Shown here: positions 37,128 through 53,579 of the stretch, one piece after another
Layout of the letters: each line of letters begins with the position of its first letter
How positions within the stretch are numbered: position 1 is the stretch's first letter
NCBI RefSeq assembly: GCF_009914755.1
Contig: NC_060926.1
DNA: 64,000 nucleotides
Strand: one strand, 5' to 3'
Source: the human T2T-CHM13v2.0 reference genome, Homo sapiens
The notes under the pieces: generated by a model
Databases searched by the model: none
Seen by the model: the letters and a program-made list of their open reading frames with translations, nothing else
Told to the model about the DNA's origin: nothing
Translations under genes and position numbers: made by a program

Positions 37128-37985
37128 TGTGTTTTTTTTCTTTCTTTATGCAAGAGAGAATTTCTTATTGGAGAAAATGTAAACAGTTTTACAACTTTCC
37201 TTTTTCTAAAAATTGCCAGAAAGACACGACCTTGTGGATTATACTGACTGGCTCCAGCCACATCATCTGAATCAGAGTAATTGCTTTCATCTGTGTCATA
37301 GACAGACTACACTGTGTTCACCTCCTCTGCCAGTTGTTTCTGATGCTGTAACCTCCAGTTTTTGAGTAAAACACTTTTGTTACAGCAAGAAGGAACACAT
37401 TTGCTGAAAACTTTCCAAATTTTTTCGTTACTGCTGCACCATCACTAGCTGTTGATATCGATGGAATTCCTGACCAGTAACATTTCCATGAAGATCATTA
37501 CAATTTATTTCTTGAAATTCTGGGAAGGCATGGAAACATCACATTGCAGCAGATGCTGGGGATGCAGCAATGAACAAGACAGGCCAGATCCCTACTCTCA
37601 GATAAACACAATGATCCAGGTATTTCCAATAATGAAATGACACTGAAGAAATAAGGTGATGTGTCTGGGGATGGCTGTGATATTTTTAGTTAGTATTGAG
37701 GTTTAGCGGCATGTAACAGTCAAGCTGCAAATAACAGTGTATTAAATTAGATAGAAACTTGTTTTTTTTTTCACGTCAAAGTTATCTAGAGGCTGGTATT
37801 GCACACTCCACCCCCATCCCACAGTGCCATTAGCCAGGCCCCTACCTGCTCTTCCTCCCATCCTCACTGCCATCTCAGCATCCAAGGTGTTTTCAGGAGC
37901 TCCAGTGATCACGTCTGCATTCCAGATAGCAGGAGAGGGGAAAATAGGAAGAAGAGCTGTTTGCTTCCCCCTTTTTTCTCTCCAC

Positions 37986-38611
<626 letters not shown>

Positions 38612-38755
38612 TGTCTGCTTCCCTTTAAGGAAGCTTCTAGGAAGTCCCACTGAACATATCCGTTTACATCCCATTAGCCAGAAACATGGCCACATCCTGC
38701 TGCTAGTGAGGCTGAGAAATATGACTGATATACTGGGCAGGAAAGTTTCCAGCTA

Positions 38756-39226
<471 letters not shown>

Positions 39227-39409
39227 TCAGGCAAGGGAAACAGCAAATGGAAAATGGCAATTTCATGGAAACAAGAAAGTCTGAAACATAATGAGAAGGA
39301 AAGGAGATTAGTCTGGGATAATAGATAATGGCTAGACCACACAGGCCTTTACCTGTCAGAGAATTGCTTTCATTTTTTAAAAAACTGAAAATTTTTAATT
39401 GCATTGGGA

Positions 39410-39705
<296 letters not shown>

Positions 39706-40809
39706 TGCAGTGGGAATTAATTTTAAAGGAAGGAAGTGACATGACTTAGAGTCTCGCTAGTGCTGATATATAGTAGATGTTAAAGAAATCTATCCTTAAG
39801 TACGCTGGAAATATCTTGGTTTTTAATCCTGATTACATCCCTAATCATTTAATGGGATGTGGGAAATTATTGATTGTTTTGCCTTATGTCTATAGGCAAC
39901 ATATAAAATTATATTTGTTCATCAGCTGCCTGAATAAAACCAATAATCCATGAGGTAGATCCACAGTAGCATGCTTTCCGTAGAGGATGTGGGGTACAGC
40001 AGATATGAGGCACTTGTGTGTTTGTGTGGAGGGGAGTACTAATAAATAAGAAAACGTCACATGTGTATGTATCTGTGCTTGAGGCAGCTCTTTGAGGATG
40101 TGTGCAAATCAAGAAAAGGGCTTTTATTTTGATTCCTTTAATCGTGCCTTATTAACTTTTTTTCTTTTTTCTTTATTAAGGTCAGTAGGCATTTGGTAGG
40201 AATCTGCATCAAACTGTTGGGCAATGGTAGACAGCAACATTGACGTCTGTAAATTTACACTTGGATTCTTAGTTTCTGGTGAGTAGTTTGTGCTCCTTCA
40301 ACACTCAGTGAGAGATGATGATAAGCAAACCTTCAGCCTTCAGCTTTCCTGATGCAGTAGGAATTGCCACAAATGCCTGGCTGTGGTCGCCCTCTACTGG
40401 ACGAATTAAGCCTAACGTTTAAAAGCCACCAGACCACTGTTCCCTTTATAATATCCTCTTCTGCCAAAGCCTACTCACCCTTTAGGTCTGAGAGAGGCCT
40501 CTCAGCATCCCCCCTTTCTCTCACCATCTCTGATATGTGTGTTCGTATGACTATTTGATTGACGTCTGTCTCCTCCCTTTCTGCATAGGCTGTAGTCTGC
40601 ATGAGGGCAGGGACTCTGTTTGCCTCCGAGTGCCTGACACCATTCTTCAATAAATATGTGTTAAATGGATGAATAAAGGAGGAATGAAGGGCCCAAATGT
40701 CAAGAGTGAGCCTTTCACACTTCACTCTAGCTGACTGCAGCACGTAGGAGAAAATATAAATTCAAGGCATCTATCCTGCAAATTTTTTTCAAGCAACTTA
40801 CGCTACTCT

Positions 40810-41060
40810 TAAAAACCCTGTTTATTAAAGTATTACATATATACAGAAAAGTGCACACATTGTAAGTGTCTAGTTCAATGAATTTTCAAAAACTGGTCAC
40901 ACCCCTGTAACCAGTACACAGATCAAGAAACAGAATGTCACCAGAAACCCAGAAACCCACCCGTGCCCTTGTGATTTTAACAGTATAGAGTTCTTTTGCA
41001 TGTTTTTATATTTTATAAAAATGAAATCATACAATATGTACTTTTTTGCATCTGGCTTCT
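40810..41060 (-). mobile_element. L1ME-type 3' end fragment
   Basis: ACAGAAAAGTGCAC...TCAATGAATTTTC...CAGATCAAGAAACAGAA. Confidence 0.7.
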
Positions 41061-41389
41061 TTTCTTCTTTTTTTATTTTTTGTTTTTTTGTTTGTTTGTT
41101 TTGTTGTTTTTTTTTTTTTGAGACAGAGTCTCATTCTTGTCGCTGGAGTACAGTGGCATGATCTTGCTCACTGCACCCCCTGGGTTCAAGTGATTCTCAT
41201 GCCTCAGCCTTCTGAATAGCTGGGACCACAGGCATGCATCACCACACCTGGCTAATTTTTGCATTTTTCTGTAGAGATGGGATTTCGCCATGTTTCCCAG
41301 GCTGGTCTTGAACTCATGAGCTCAAGTAATCGGCCTGCCTCAGCCTCCCAAAGTGCTGGGATTACAGGTGGGAGACACCACACCCAGCC
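41061..41389 (-). mobile_element. Alu (AluJ)
   Basis: Antisense Alu. Confidence 0.9.
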
Positions 41390-41432
41390 TTGAAAACACA
41401 TTTCAATATTTTGGTAAAGATGAGCAGAAAAG

Positions 41433-41780
<348 letters not shown>

Positions 41781-42186
41781 TTATACCAAAATCATAATCA
41801 TAGAGCAGATGGCTGGAATAATACAAGATAAAGTTCACTCAACTTTAACAGTGCCTTCCCAGTATGGAAGGAATACAGAAGCTTCTTTCTCATGGGGAGG
41901 TGGTTGTGTTGAGGTGGCAAGGGCACTAAACTTATGATCAGAAGAACTAGGACTGAGTTTTGTTGTTGTTGTTGTTCAGGTTGGATGGGTAATGTGCCAG
42001 CGCTGTAACAAGGTTCAGAGGGAGGCACATATCACACTTAGGCACAAACACCAAATCATTCTCCTGAACTACAAAAGGAGTGAGTTTTACTTGGCCAGTT
42101 ACCATTTCTGAGCTTCGGGTAGGTCATTCACTCTCTGAGTTTCATCTGTTAAAATGGACACGCCAATATCTGTCCCATAGAATTGT

Positions 42187-42442
42187 GTAGGGGAGGAAAA
42201 AAATATTTTTTCCTCTACTCTTTCTGATTCTTAGCACAAAAGATAGATTAACAAACTTATTTAAGTTTTACATGACATGGGAAGCTTCATAAGGAAATGA
42301 AGACCCAAAGAAGCAGTTAAATGTGAGCGTTGTTTATTGTAGGTTTAGTGAAGAGTGGACCACTGTGGAGAAATGTGGTAGGGCAAAAAGGGTATGATCT
42401 AATGGTAAGAAACGGGGAAACGCAGCAAGGCCTGTTTGTTCA
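42187..42442 (-). mobile_element. ERV1 LTR fragment (MER34/MER39-group-like)
   Basis: TGTAGGGGAGGAAAA...CAAAAGATAGATTAACA...AATGAAGACCCAAAGA pattern. Confidence 0.55.
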
Positions 42443-42449
42443 CTTTAAA

Positions 42450-42580
42450 ATTTTTTTTTTTTTAGAGAGAGGGTCTTGCTATGTTGTTCAGGCTGGTCTC
42501 AAGCTCCTGGGCTCAAGCCATCCCTCTGCCTCAACCTCCCAAATTGCTGGGATTACAGGCATGGGCAACTGCACCTGGCC
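42450..42580 (-). mobile_element. Alu monomer (FLAM)
   Basis: Single arm. Confidence 0.85.
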
Positions 42581-42699
42581 CTCTGTTTTCTTTAAGACCA
42601 AGAAGTAAGACCTAGAGTGTTGAAAAACGGATAGTACTGATAGGGTAAGTGGTTACATAAAACTACATTACATAAATTACATGAATATTTCCTGGAAGC

Positions 42700-43182
42700 T
42701 CTGAGCCTGTCAACTGCCCAGCGTGATTCCTCACCCTGCCCCGTTCTGCACTGTGGGAACCTTTAGTCTGCAGGCTTCCTTGCTCCGTGAGTTTTGTATA
42801 TTCTGCTGGGGACAGGCATGAGTGGATGGGTATTTCTCCCGCCTCTCTGTGCTTCCTGTGATGTCTTCCACAGCAGCAGAGTCTCTTTCAAGGCTCTAAC
42901 TCCCTCTGAAAGGCCCTCCCTCCATGGTCCAGACCCCTGCAAGGGAGCCTCTATAATGGTTCTATTTCCAGCCAGACAATTCTAGCTTTTAGGCTGAGAA
43001 TAGCATCTCTTCCTACTGTCCCTCCAGCCCACGGATGTTAGCTGATTCTTGCTGTCGCTAATCTCCGGGTTACGTCACCACCCCGTTTGGCATCTCAGCT
43101 CTTCTATCACTTTTATAATCTATTTCCTGAATTAAATTCCCCTGGATTGAAAGAGTGGCTTCTATTGTCCTGACTTGATACA
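42700..43182 (+). mobile_element. ERVL LTR (LTR33-group)
   Basis: CCCTCCAGCCC...GCTAATCTCCGGG...ATTAAATTCC...CCTGACTTGATACA end. Confidence 0.55.
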
Positions 43183-43446
43183 CTCTGATTTCATTCCTCT
43201 TCCACAAAAATGCTCAGTTCCTCACATTTATAGGAATATTTTTCTCCTTCACAAATTTTCCTCTTCTTCTCTCTACTGTGGAGGAACTAGCGTGGATTTG
43301 GAATCAGGCTGGGTTCAGACTTGGGTTCTGTTATTTCAGAACCATATGACTTGGGGTAAATTGCTAGCTTATAATAAGTGCTGAATAATTGTTTGTTAAT
43401 GAATGAATGATATTTAACCATTACAATGCCTTCTGAAGATTTAAAA

Positions 43447-43631
43447 ATTTTTTTATTTAAAAATTTATTTTGAAAGGGCAGGGTCTTGCTATGTTGCCTA
43501 GGCTGGAGTGTAGTGGCTACTCACAGACACAATTATAGTGTGCTATAGTCTTGAACTCCTGAGCTCAAGAGATCCTCCCACCTCTGCATCCTGAGAAGCT
43601 GGGACCAGAGGTCCATGCTGCTGTGCCCAGC
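43447..43631 (-). mobile_element. Alu monomer (FRAM/FAM-like)
   Basis: Single diverged arm with GTGGCTACTCACAG. Confidence 0.75.
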
Positions 43632-43665
43632 AAACATTTTTGAGTGGTATAAATACAAAGCATTA

Positions 43666-44124
<459 letters not shown>

Positions 44125-44759
44125 TCACATAACTATTAAAATACTATCACCTTGCATTATAATTATCTCATTTACGGTTATTACTGTTCTGCCTTCCTCC
44201 CTCTAGACTATAAATCTCACGTAGTACTTGGCACATAGAAAGCTCTCAAGAAACACTTGTTGAGTGAAGAAATATGCTATTTGATGTCTTATGTGCCTGT
44301 GTCCTTAAGCCATAGCATGCATGGAGGCCCTGAGCCATAGTAGAATTTGAATAAATGTTTGTTGTGTTATGAATCCAATATTTAAACGAGTCCAAAGGAT
44401 TTAGCACTAGTTTCAATGATGAAATCAGTCAAGTCAACTTTTATTTTTAAACTGGATGTCAATTACTAATCACTTGCTAATCACTAGTTTCTAAACTAGG
44501 AAAGAGAGATGCTTTGGTCCAGAGGTTGTTTGAGTGAAGTAAGCATTTAGGTACTTGTACACTCAGTACTTCTAGACTTCCATCAAAAATTCTTCCCCGC
44601 TAAAACATTGCACTTTAGGGGTGTTTGAGTCATCCTTGTGTGGCTGAGAAAAAAAGTCCTAAAAAGTGACAAGCTAGAATGGAGGAGGGATGTCACTCTT
44701 TCCAAGATCTAACAGAACAAAGAACAGCATGATTATGGGGGGCTCAACTGCTTTGTTTG

Positions 44760-45152
44760 CCCGTGGTTTGAGTTTGGCCAAGGGTGAATACCATTAAGGG
44801 ATCTGAGAGTGGGAGAAGAGTGAGGCCAGGATATTTATTCACCTGTTTCCCTATTGCTGTGTCTCCACAGGTTGGCTGCATCCTTCTTCTGAAGGCCACT
44901 GCTCTTTTCAGAAGACCTCCCTAGATGGCTAAGCTCTCTGGGTTGCAACAGTTGCTCTTTTTCCTTGAGCCTTAGGTTAGGGAGTTGGGAGGAAGTAATG
45001 GCTTCCCCCACTGCTAGCTCCAGGGTGCTACACTTTCTCTTTTCTAGTTTCCCTAATCTGGCTTACACCATTATAAATAGACCCTTTATTAAAATATCCT
45101 CAATTTATCCATATTGAGTGTGCCATCTGCTTCTTTTTCGGATGCTGATGCT
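44760..45152 (+). mobile_element. LTR33-like ERVL LTR
   Basis: GAGTGAGGCCAGGATATTTATTC...TTTATTAAA...TTGAGTGTGCCATCTG. Confidence 0.65.
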
Positions 45153-47068
45153 TCAAAGTGATATGGGAAAGTATCCCAGGCATTTTTGTCTCATTCATCA
45201 CACCTAGAAAGATAATTTAGGATTTGATGATGAAATAGCATGGTAGAAAATATAGCATACAAAGTTTTTCCTTGGAAGACAATCACTGGACATTCTCAAG
45301 AATGGCAAGAGAAGGCATAATAAAAATAGCTGCCAGATGGGGGACAGGACTGACTTGCAGCTCTCATGCTGACTTGCAGCATGAGGAGACTCACATTGTG
45401 AACTTTTGCTCCAAGAACTACTGCAAGAACATACCAGGAAAACCAAAAGAATTCACAGACCCTTTGAAAGAAGAGTTTGCCGCTGCAAACTCCAAGACAC
45501 AGCTGAAAAACCGTGAGTGCCCAGAGTGTGAGAGGGGGAAAGTCTCTTTCCAAACACACATCCTCACTGGGGAGCCTGAAAATCCATATCATGGGAGAAG
45601 GATTTAACCTTACCTAGAGCTGAGGCGAATTTAGAGAGCTGAGCAAAATATAAAAGTAGAAGCAGCAGCAGGAAGAGCCCTGTAGGCACTCCCGGTCCCC
45701 AGGGAAGCTCAGAGAACCCATTTCTGACTTTATCTCACAGGGGCCCTTGTGGGGAGCGGGCTGCCAGTGGAATTAGGGAAAGCCCACAGGGAGAAGGAAA
45801 CTTCCAGCTGAACTTTATAATGATTTCAAGCATGAATTTTCCAGAGCAGAATCTGGGGTCGGGGGCAAACAGGAAGTCCAGATAGGAGCACAGAAGCCGC
45901 AGCGAGGAGGGGAAGGCCTGAAAGCCCTGCTTGCTTTATTAGGCGCGAGGCTTGTATGGTGGCGGTGGAGGGAGTTCCCAGTCCTGCTCACTGGCAAATA
46001 AACTCACCTAGATATAAACTCGGTGCTGTCGAGGAGCACTGGGAGAGTGAGACTGGCCTTTCAGTCTGCGTGGGAGCTGGGTGAGGCCCGTCACTGCCAG
46101 TTTTCCGCAACTTCCCTGGCGACCTGTATGACAGCAGAGGCAGCCATAGTCCTACTGGGAACCTACTCCAATGGCCTGAGAACCACACCCCCCCCACCAA
46201 GGTGGCTGCGGCAAGCCCCGCCCAAGGAGAGTCTGAGCTCAGACCCACCTGACTCTACCCCCACCAGATAGATGGTCTTTCTCCACCTGCCCTGGTAGCC
46301 AAAAACAAAAGACGTACAACTCATGGAAGTTCTAGGGCCCCGCCCATCACCTGAGAAACCTGAAGGCTCATCCAGGAGACCCTAGGGCAAGCTTGCGTCC
46401 CCCCATACTACCGCAGCTGAAGTTGTCTGAAGTTGTCTTGAAAGCGCCACCTCCTAGCTGGAGGCCAACCAACACAAACTGTTACAGCAACTCATCAAAG
46501 AATAACCCTGCCCCAAGAAAGGAGAAAACAATGGTTAACTCCACTGCCTGTAACATCCTGGCTAACCAGAGGTCCTAAGTCTGTCCACATGATAGCTTTA
46601 CTGTCAGTACAACCAGCATTTGAGAAAACCGGCACGCTAAACAAAACTACAACCAAGTACTCTTACAGAGTCCGCTTCACTCCTCTGCTACCTCCACTGG
46701 AGCAGGTGCTGGTATCCACAGCTGAGAGATCTGAAGATGGAGCACATCACAGGACTCTTTGCAGACCCTCCTCAGTACCAGCCCAGAGCCCAGTAGCTCC
46801 ACTGGGTGGCTAGACCCAGAAGAGAAATAACAATCACTGCAGTCTGGTTCTCAGGAAGTCCTATCTCAAGGGGAAAGGGGAGAGCCCCACAGCAAGGGAG
46901 CACCCTATGGGACAAAAGAATCTGAACAGCAGCCCTTGAGCCCCAGATCTTCCCTCTGACATAGTCTACCCAAATGAGAAGGAACCAGAAAAACAATTCT
47001 GGTAATATGATAAAACAAGGCACTTTAACACCCCCAAAAGATCACACTAGCTCACCAGCAATGGATCC

Positions 47069-47523
47069 TGTGAAAGGAAAATATCTTGGGCCCCAAAATC
47101 ACTAGGAAAAACTAGCTGGAAATTGCTTAGGGCAAATCTGCCTTCCATTCTATTCAAAGTTATCCCTCTGCTCATTGAGATAGATGCATATCTGATTGCC
47201 TTCTTTGGAAAGGCTAATCAGAAACTCAAAAGAATGCACTGTTTGTGTTTCACCTAACTGTGACCTGGAAGATCCCTCCCTGCTTTGAATCTTCCTGTCT
47301 TTGCTTCAAGTTGTCCCGCCTTTCCAGATAGAACCAATGTACTTCTTACATATATTGATTGTTGTCTTCTGTCTCCCTAAAATGGATAAAACCAAGCTGT
47401 GCCCCCGACCACCTTGGGCATGTCATCAGAACTCCCTGAGGCAGTGTCATGGTCCGTCCTCAACCTTGGCAAAATAAACTTTCTAAATTAACTGAGAGCT
47501 GTCTCAGGTTTTCTAGGTTCACA
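47069..47523 (+). mobile_element. MER4A1-like ERV1 solo LTR nested in L1
   Basis: TGTGAAAGGAAAATATCTTGGGCCCCAAAATCAC...GGTTCACA; 4-bp TSD ATCC. Confidence 0.9.
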
Positions 47524-48429
47524 ATCCAAACCAAGAAGAAATCTCTAAATGGCCAGCAAAAAAATTCAGAAGGTCGATTATTAAGCTACTCAGGGAGGCA
47601 CCAGAGAAAGGTAAATACCAACTTAAAGACATTTTAAAAATGTTACAGGGTATGGAAGGAAAAATCTCCAGAGAAATAGATAGCATAAATAAGAAACAAT
47701 CACAACTCCTGGAGATGAAGGACACACTTAGAGAATTGCAAAATACACTGGAAAGTCTCAACAATAGAATAGAACAAGTAGAAGAAAGAACTTAAGAGCT
47801 TGAAGACAAGGCTTTCGAATTAGCCCAATCTGAGAAAGACAAAGAAAAACAAATTAAAAAAATGAACGAAGTCTCCAAGAAGTTTGGGATTATGTTAAAT
47901 GACCAAAACTAAGAATAACTGGCGTTCCTGAGGAAGAAGAGAAATCTAAAAGTCTGGAAAACATTTGAGAGAATAATTGAGGAAAACTTTTCCAGGCTTG
48001 CTAGAGATCTAGCCATCCAAATACAAGAAGCTCAAAGAACATCTGGGAAATTCATCGCAAAAAGATCATCCCCTAGGCACATAGTTATCACGTTATCTAA
48101 AATCAAGATGAAGGAAAGAAGCTTAAGAGCCATAAGGCAAAAGCTTCAGGTAATGTATAAAAGAATATCTATCAGATTAATAGCAGATTTCTCAGCAGAC
48201 ACCTTGCAACCTAGAAAGGATTGGGGTCCTATCTTTAGCCTCCTTAAACAAAACAATTATCAGCCAAGAAATTTGTATCCAGCAAAACTAAGCTTCATAA
48301 ATAAAGAAAAGATACAGTCTTTTTCAGGCAAACAAATGCTGAGAGAATTTGCACTACCAAGCCAGCACTACAAGCACCGCTAAAAGGAGTGCTAAATCTT
48401 GAAGCAAAGCCTCAAAATACACCAAAATA

Positions 48430-48859
<430 letters not shown>

Positions 48860-49891
48860 TCAATACTAATGCCAAATGTAAATGGCCTAAATACTCCACT
48901 TAAAAGCTACAGAATGGCAGAATGAATAAGAATTCACCAACTAAACATCTGCTGGCTTCCAGAGACTCACCTAACACGTAAGGACTCAGATAAACTTACG
49001 GTAAAGGGGTGGAAAAAGATATTCCATGGAAATGGACACCAAAAGCAAGCAGGAGTAGCTATTCTTAGACAAAACAGACTTTAAAGCAACACAGTTAAAA
49101 AAGAAAGAGGGACATTATATAATGATAAAAAGTCTAGTCCAACAGGAAAATATTACACTCATATATATATATATGAGTTTATATGTGATATATGAGTTTC
49201 TATGTGATATATATATATATGAGTTTATATATATATGCACCTAACACGGGAGCTCCCAAATTTATAAAACAGTTACTACTAGACCTAAGAAATGAAACAG
49301 ATAGCAACATAATAATAGTGGGAGACTTCAATACTCCACTGACAGCACTAGACATGTCATCAAGTTAGAAAGAATCTGAACAGCAGCCCTTGAGCCCTTG
49401 TTTCCAACAAGGAAACAATGGACTTAAACTATACCCTAGAAGAAATGGACTTAATGGATATTTATAGAACATTCTACCCAACAATTGCAGAATATACATT
49501 CTATTCATCAGCACATGGAACATTCTCCAAGATAGACTATATGATAGGCCACAAAAGTCTCAATAAATTTAAGAAAATTGAAATTATATCAAGTACTCTC
49601 TCAGATCACAGTGGAATAAAATTGGAAATTCACTCCAAAAGGAATCCTCAAAACCATGCAAATACATGGAAATTAAATAACCTACTCTTGAATGATCTTT
49701 GGCTCAACAATGAAATCAAGAAGGAAATTAAAAAATTCTTTGAACTGAATGATAATAGTGACACAACCTATGAAAGCCTCTGGGGTACAGCAAAAGTGGT
49801 ACTAAGAGGAAAGTTCATAGAATTAAATGCCTAAATCAAAAAGTCTGAAAGAGCACAAATAGACAATCTAAGGTCACACCTCAAAGAACTA

Positions 49892-50281
<390 letters not shown>

Positions 50282-52834
50282 CTAAATGAAATTAAAACAA
50301 ATAAACAAACAAATACAAAAGATAAATGAAACAAAAAACTGATTATTTGAAAAGATAAACAACATTGATAGACCATTAGCAAGATTAACCAAGAAAAGAT
50401 CCAAATAAGCTCAATTAGAAATAAAATGAGAGATATTACAATTGATACCACAAAAATATAAAAGCTCATTCAAGACTACTATGAACACCTTTACACTCAC
50501 AAACTAGAGAACCTAGAGAAGATGGATAAATTCCTGGAAATATACAACACTCCTAGATTAAACCAGGAAGAAATAGAAACCCTGAACTGACCAATAACAA
50601 GCAGTGAGATTAAAATGGTAATTTAAAAATTGCCAACAGAAAAATGTTCAGGACCAAAAGGATTCACAGCTGACTTCTATCAGACATTCAAAGAAGAATT
50701 GGTACCAATCCTGTTGACACTATTCCAAAAGATAGAGAAAGAGGGAATCCTCCCTAAATCATTCTATGAAGCCAGTATTACCCTAATACCAAAACCAGGA
50801 AATGACATAACAAGAAAAGAAAACTACAGCCAATATCCCTGATGAATGTAGTAGCAAAAATCCTCAACAAAAATACTAGCTAACTGAATGCAATAGCATA
50901 TAAAAAAGATAATCCATCCTGATCAAGTGGGTTTCATACCAGGCGTGCAGGGATGGTTTAACATATGCAAGTCAATAAATGTGATACACTACATAAACAG
51001 AATTAAAAACAAAAATCACATGATCATGTCAATAAACACACAAAATTTGACAAAATCCAGTATCCCTTTATGATTAAAACCCTCAGCAAAATCAGCAGAG
51101 AAGGGACATACCTTAAGGTAATAAAAGCCATTTGTGACAAACCCACAGCCAACATTATACTGAATGGGGAAAAGTTGAAAGCATTTCTTATTTCTGTTCA
51201 ACATAGTACTGGAAGTTCTAGTCAGAGCAATCAGACAAGGGAAAGAAATAAAGGGCATCCAAATCAGCAAAGAGGAAATCAAACTGTTGCTGTTTGCAGA
51301 TGATATGATTGTATACCTGGAAAACCCTAAAGACTCAACCAGAAAGCTCCTAGACTTAATAAATAAATTCAGTAAAGTTTCAGGCTACAAAATCAATGTC
51401 ACAAATTAGTAGCTCTGCTATACACCAACAGCGACCAAGCTGAGAATCAAATCAATAACTCAACCCCTTTTACAATACCTGCAAATTAAATAAACAAATA
51501 AAATACCTAGGAATATACCTAGCCAAGGAAGTGAAAGACCTCTGCAAGGAAAACCACAAAACATTGCAGAAAGAAATCATGGATGACACAAAAAATGGAA
51601 ACATTCCAGTCTTATGGATGGGTAGAATCAATGTTGTGAAAATGACCATACTGCCAAAAGCTATCTACAAATTCAATGCACTTCCCATTAAAATACCATC
51701 ATCATTCTTCATAGAACTAGAAAAAACAATCCTAAATTCATATGGAACCAAAAAAAGTGCCCACATAGCCAAAGCAAGACTGAGCAAAAAGAACAAATCT
51801 GGAGGCATCACATTACTCAACTTATACCCAAGGTTATAGTCACCAAAACAGCATGATACTGGCATAGAAATAGGTACAAACACCAATGGAGCAGAGAACC
51901 AGAAATAAAGCCAAATACAGCCAACTGAACTTTGACAAAGCAAACAAAAACATAAAGTGGGGAAAGGAAACCCTACTCAACAAATGGTGCTGGCAAGCCA
52001 CATGTAGAAGAATGAAACTAGATCCTCATCCCTCACCTTATACAAAAATCAACTCAAGATGGAAAAAGACTTAAATCTAAGACCTGAAACCATAGAAATT
52101 CTAGAAGGTAACATCAGAAAAACCCTTCTAGACACTGGCTTAGGCAAAGACTTCGTGACCAAGAACCCAAAAGCAAATGCAACAAAAACAAACAGATGGG
52201 ACTTAAACTAAAAAGCTTCTGCACAGCAAAAGAAATAATCAACAGAGTAAACAGATAACCCACAGAGTGGGAGAAAATCTTTGCAAGCTATGCATCTGAC
52301 AAAGGACTAATATCCAGAATCTATAAGGAACTCAAACAAATCAGAAAGAAAAAAACAAACAATCCCATCAAAAAGTGAGCTAAGGACGTGAATAGACAAT
52401 TCTGAAAAGAAGATATACAAATGGCCAACAAACATATGGAAAAATGCTCATCGTCACTAATTATCAGGGAAATGCAAATCAAAACCACAATGCGACACCA
52501 CCATGCTCCTGCAAGAATGACCATAGTTAAAAAAATAAAAAAATAACAGATGTTGGCATGGATGTGGTGAAGAGGGAACATTTTTACACTGCTAGTGGGA
52601 ATGTAAACTAGTACAACCACTATGGAAAACAGTTTGGAGATTCCTTAAAGAACTAAAGGTAGATCTACCATTTGATTCAGCAATCCTACTGCTGGGTATC
52701 TACCCAAAGAAAAAGAAGTCATTATACGAAAAAGACACTTGCACGCACATGTTTACAGCACCACGGTTTGTAATTGCAAAAATATGGAACCAGTCCAAAT
52801 GCCCATCAATCAATGAGTGGATAAAGAAAATGGG

Positions 52835-52835
<1 letters not shown>

Positions 52836-52904
<69 letters not shown>
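52836..52904. repeat. (TA)n(CA)n microsatellite in L1 3' region
   Basis: Long pure CA run. Confidence 0.95.
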
Positions 52905-52906
<2 letters not shown>

Positions 52907-53349
52907 TGGAATACTACTCAGCCATAAAAAGGAATGAAATAATGGCATTTGGAGCGACCTGGATGGAATTGGAGATCATTATTCTAAGTGAAGTAACTCA
53001 GGAATGGAAAACCAAATGTTATATATTCTCATTTATAAGTGGGAGCTAAGCTATGAGGATGTAAAGGCATAAGAATGATACAATGGACTTTGAGGACTCA
53101 GGGGCAAGTGTGGGAGGGGGATGAGCGATAAAAGACAACACATTGGGTACAGTGTGCACTGCTTGGGTGATGGGTGCACGAAAATCTTAGAAATCACCAC
53201 TAAAGAACTTATCCACGTAACTAAACATCACCTGTTCCCCCAAAACCTATTGAAATAATTAATAATAATAATAAAACAAAAACCCCAATTCTAAAAAAAA
53301 CCTTGTAAAAAAATAAATTTTATATAAATGGAAAAAAATAGCTGCTACA

Positions 53350-53540
53350 TTCACCTAGTGCTTGCCATGAGTCAGTGTTCCAAGCATTTACAAATATTAA
53401 CTCCATTAATCGTTATGATAATCCTATGAGGTAAGTATTATTATTATCTTCATTCAACAGAAGAGGCAACTGAGGCACAATTTAAACAACTTGCTCAAGG
53501 TCACATAGTAAGTGGGAGATTCAAACCTAGGCAGGCTGAG
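53350..53540 (-). mobile_element. MIR
   Basis: AATCCTATGAGGTAAG...GAGGCAACTGAGGCAC...CAAGGTCACA...GATTCAAACC. Confidence 0.75.
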
Positions 53541-53579
53541 TTTGTAACAAAATCTGTTCTCTCAAACTTTACACTATCA

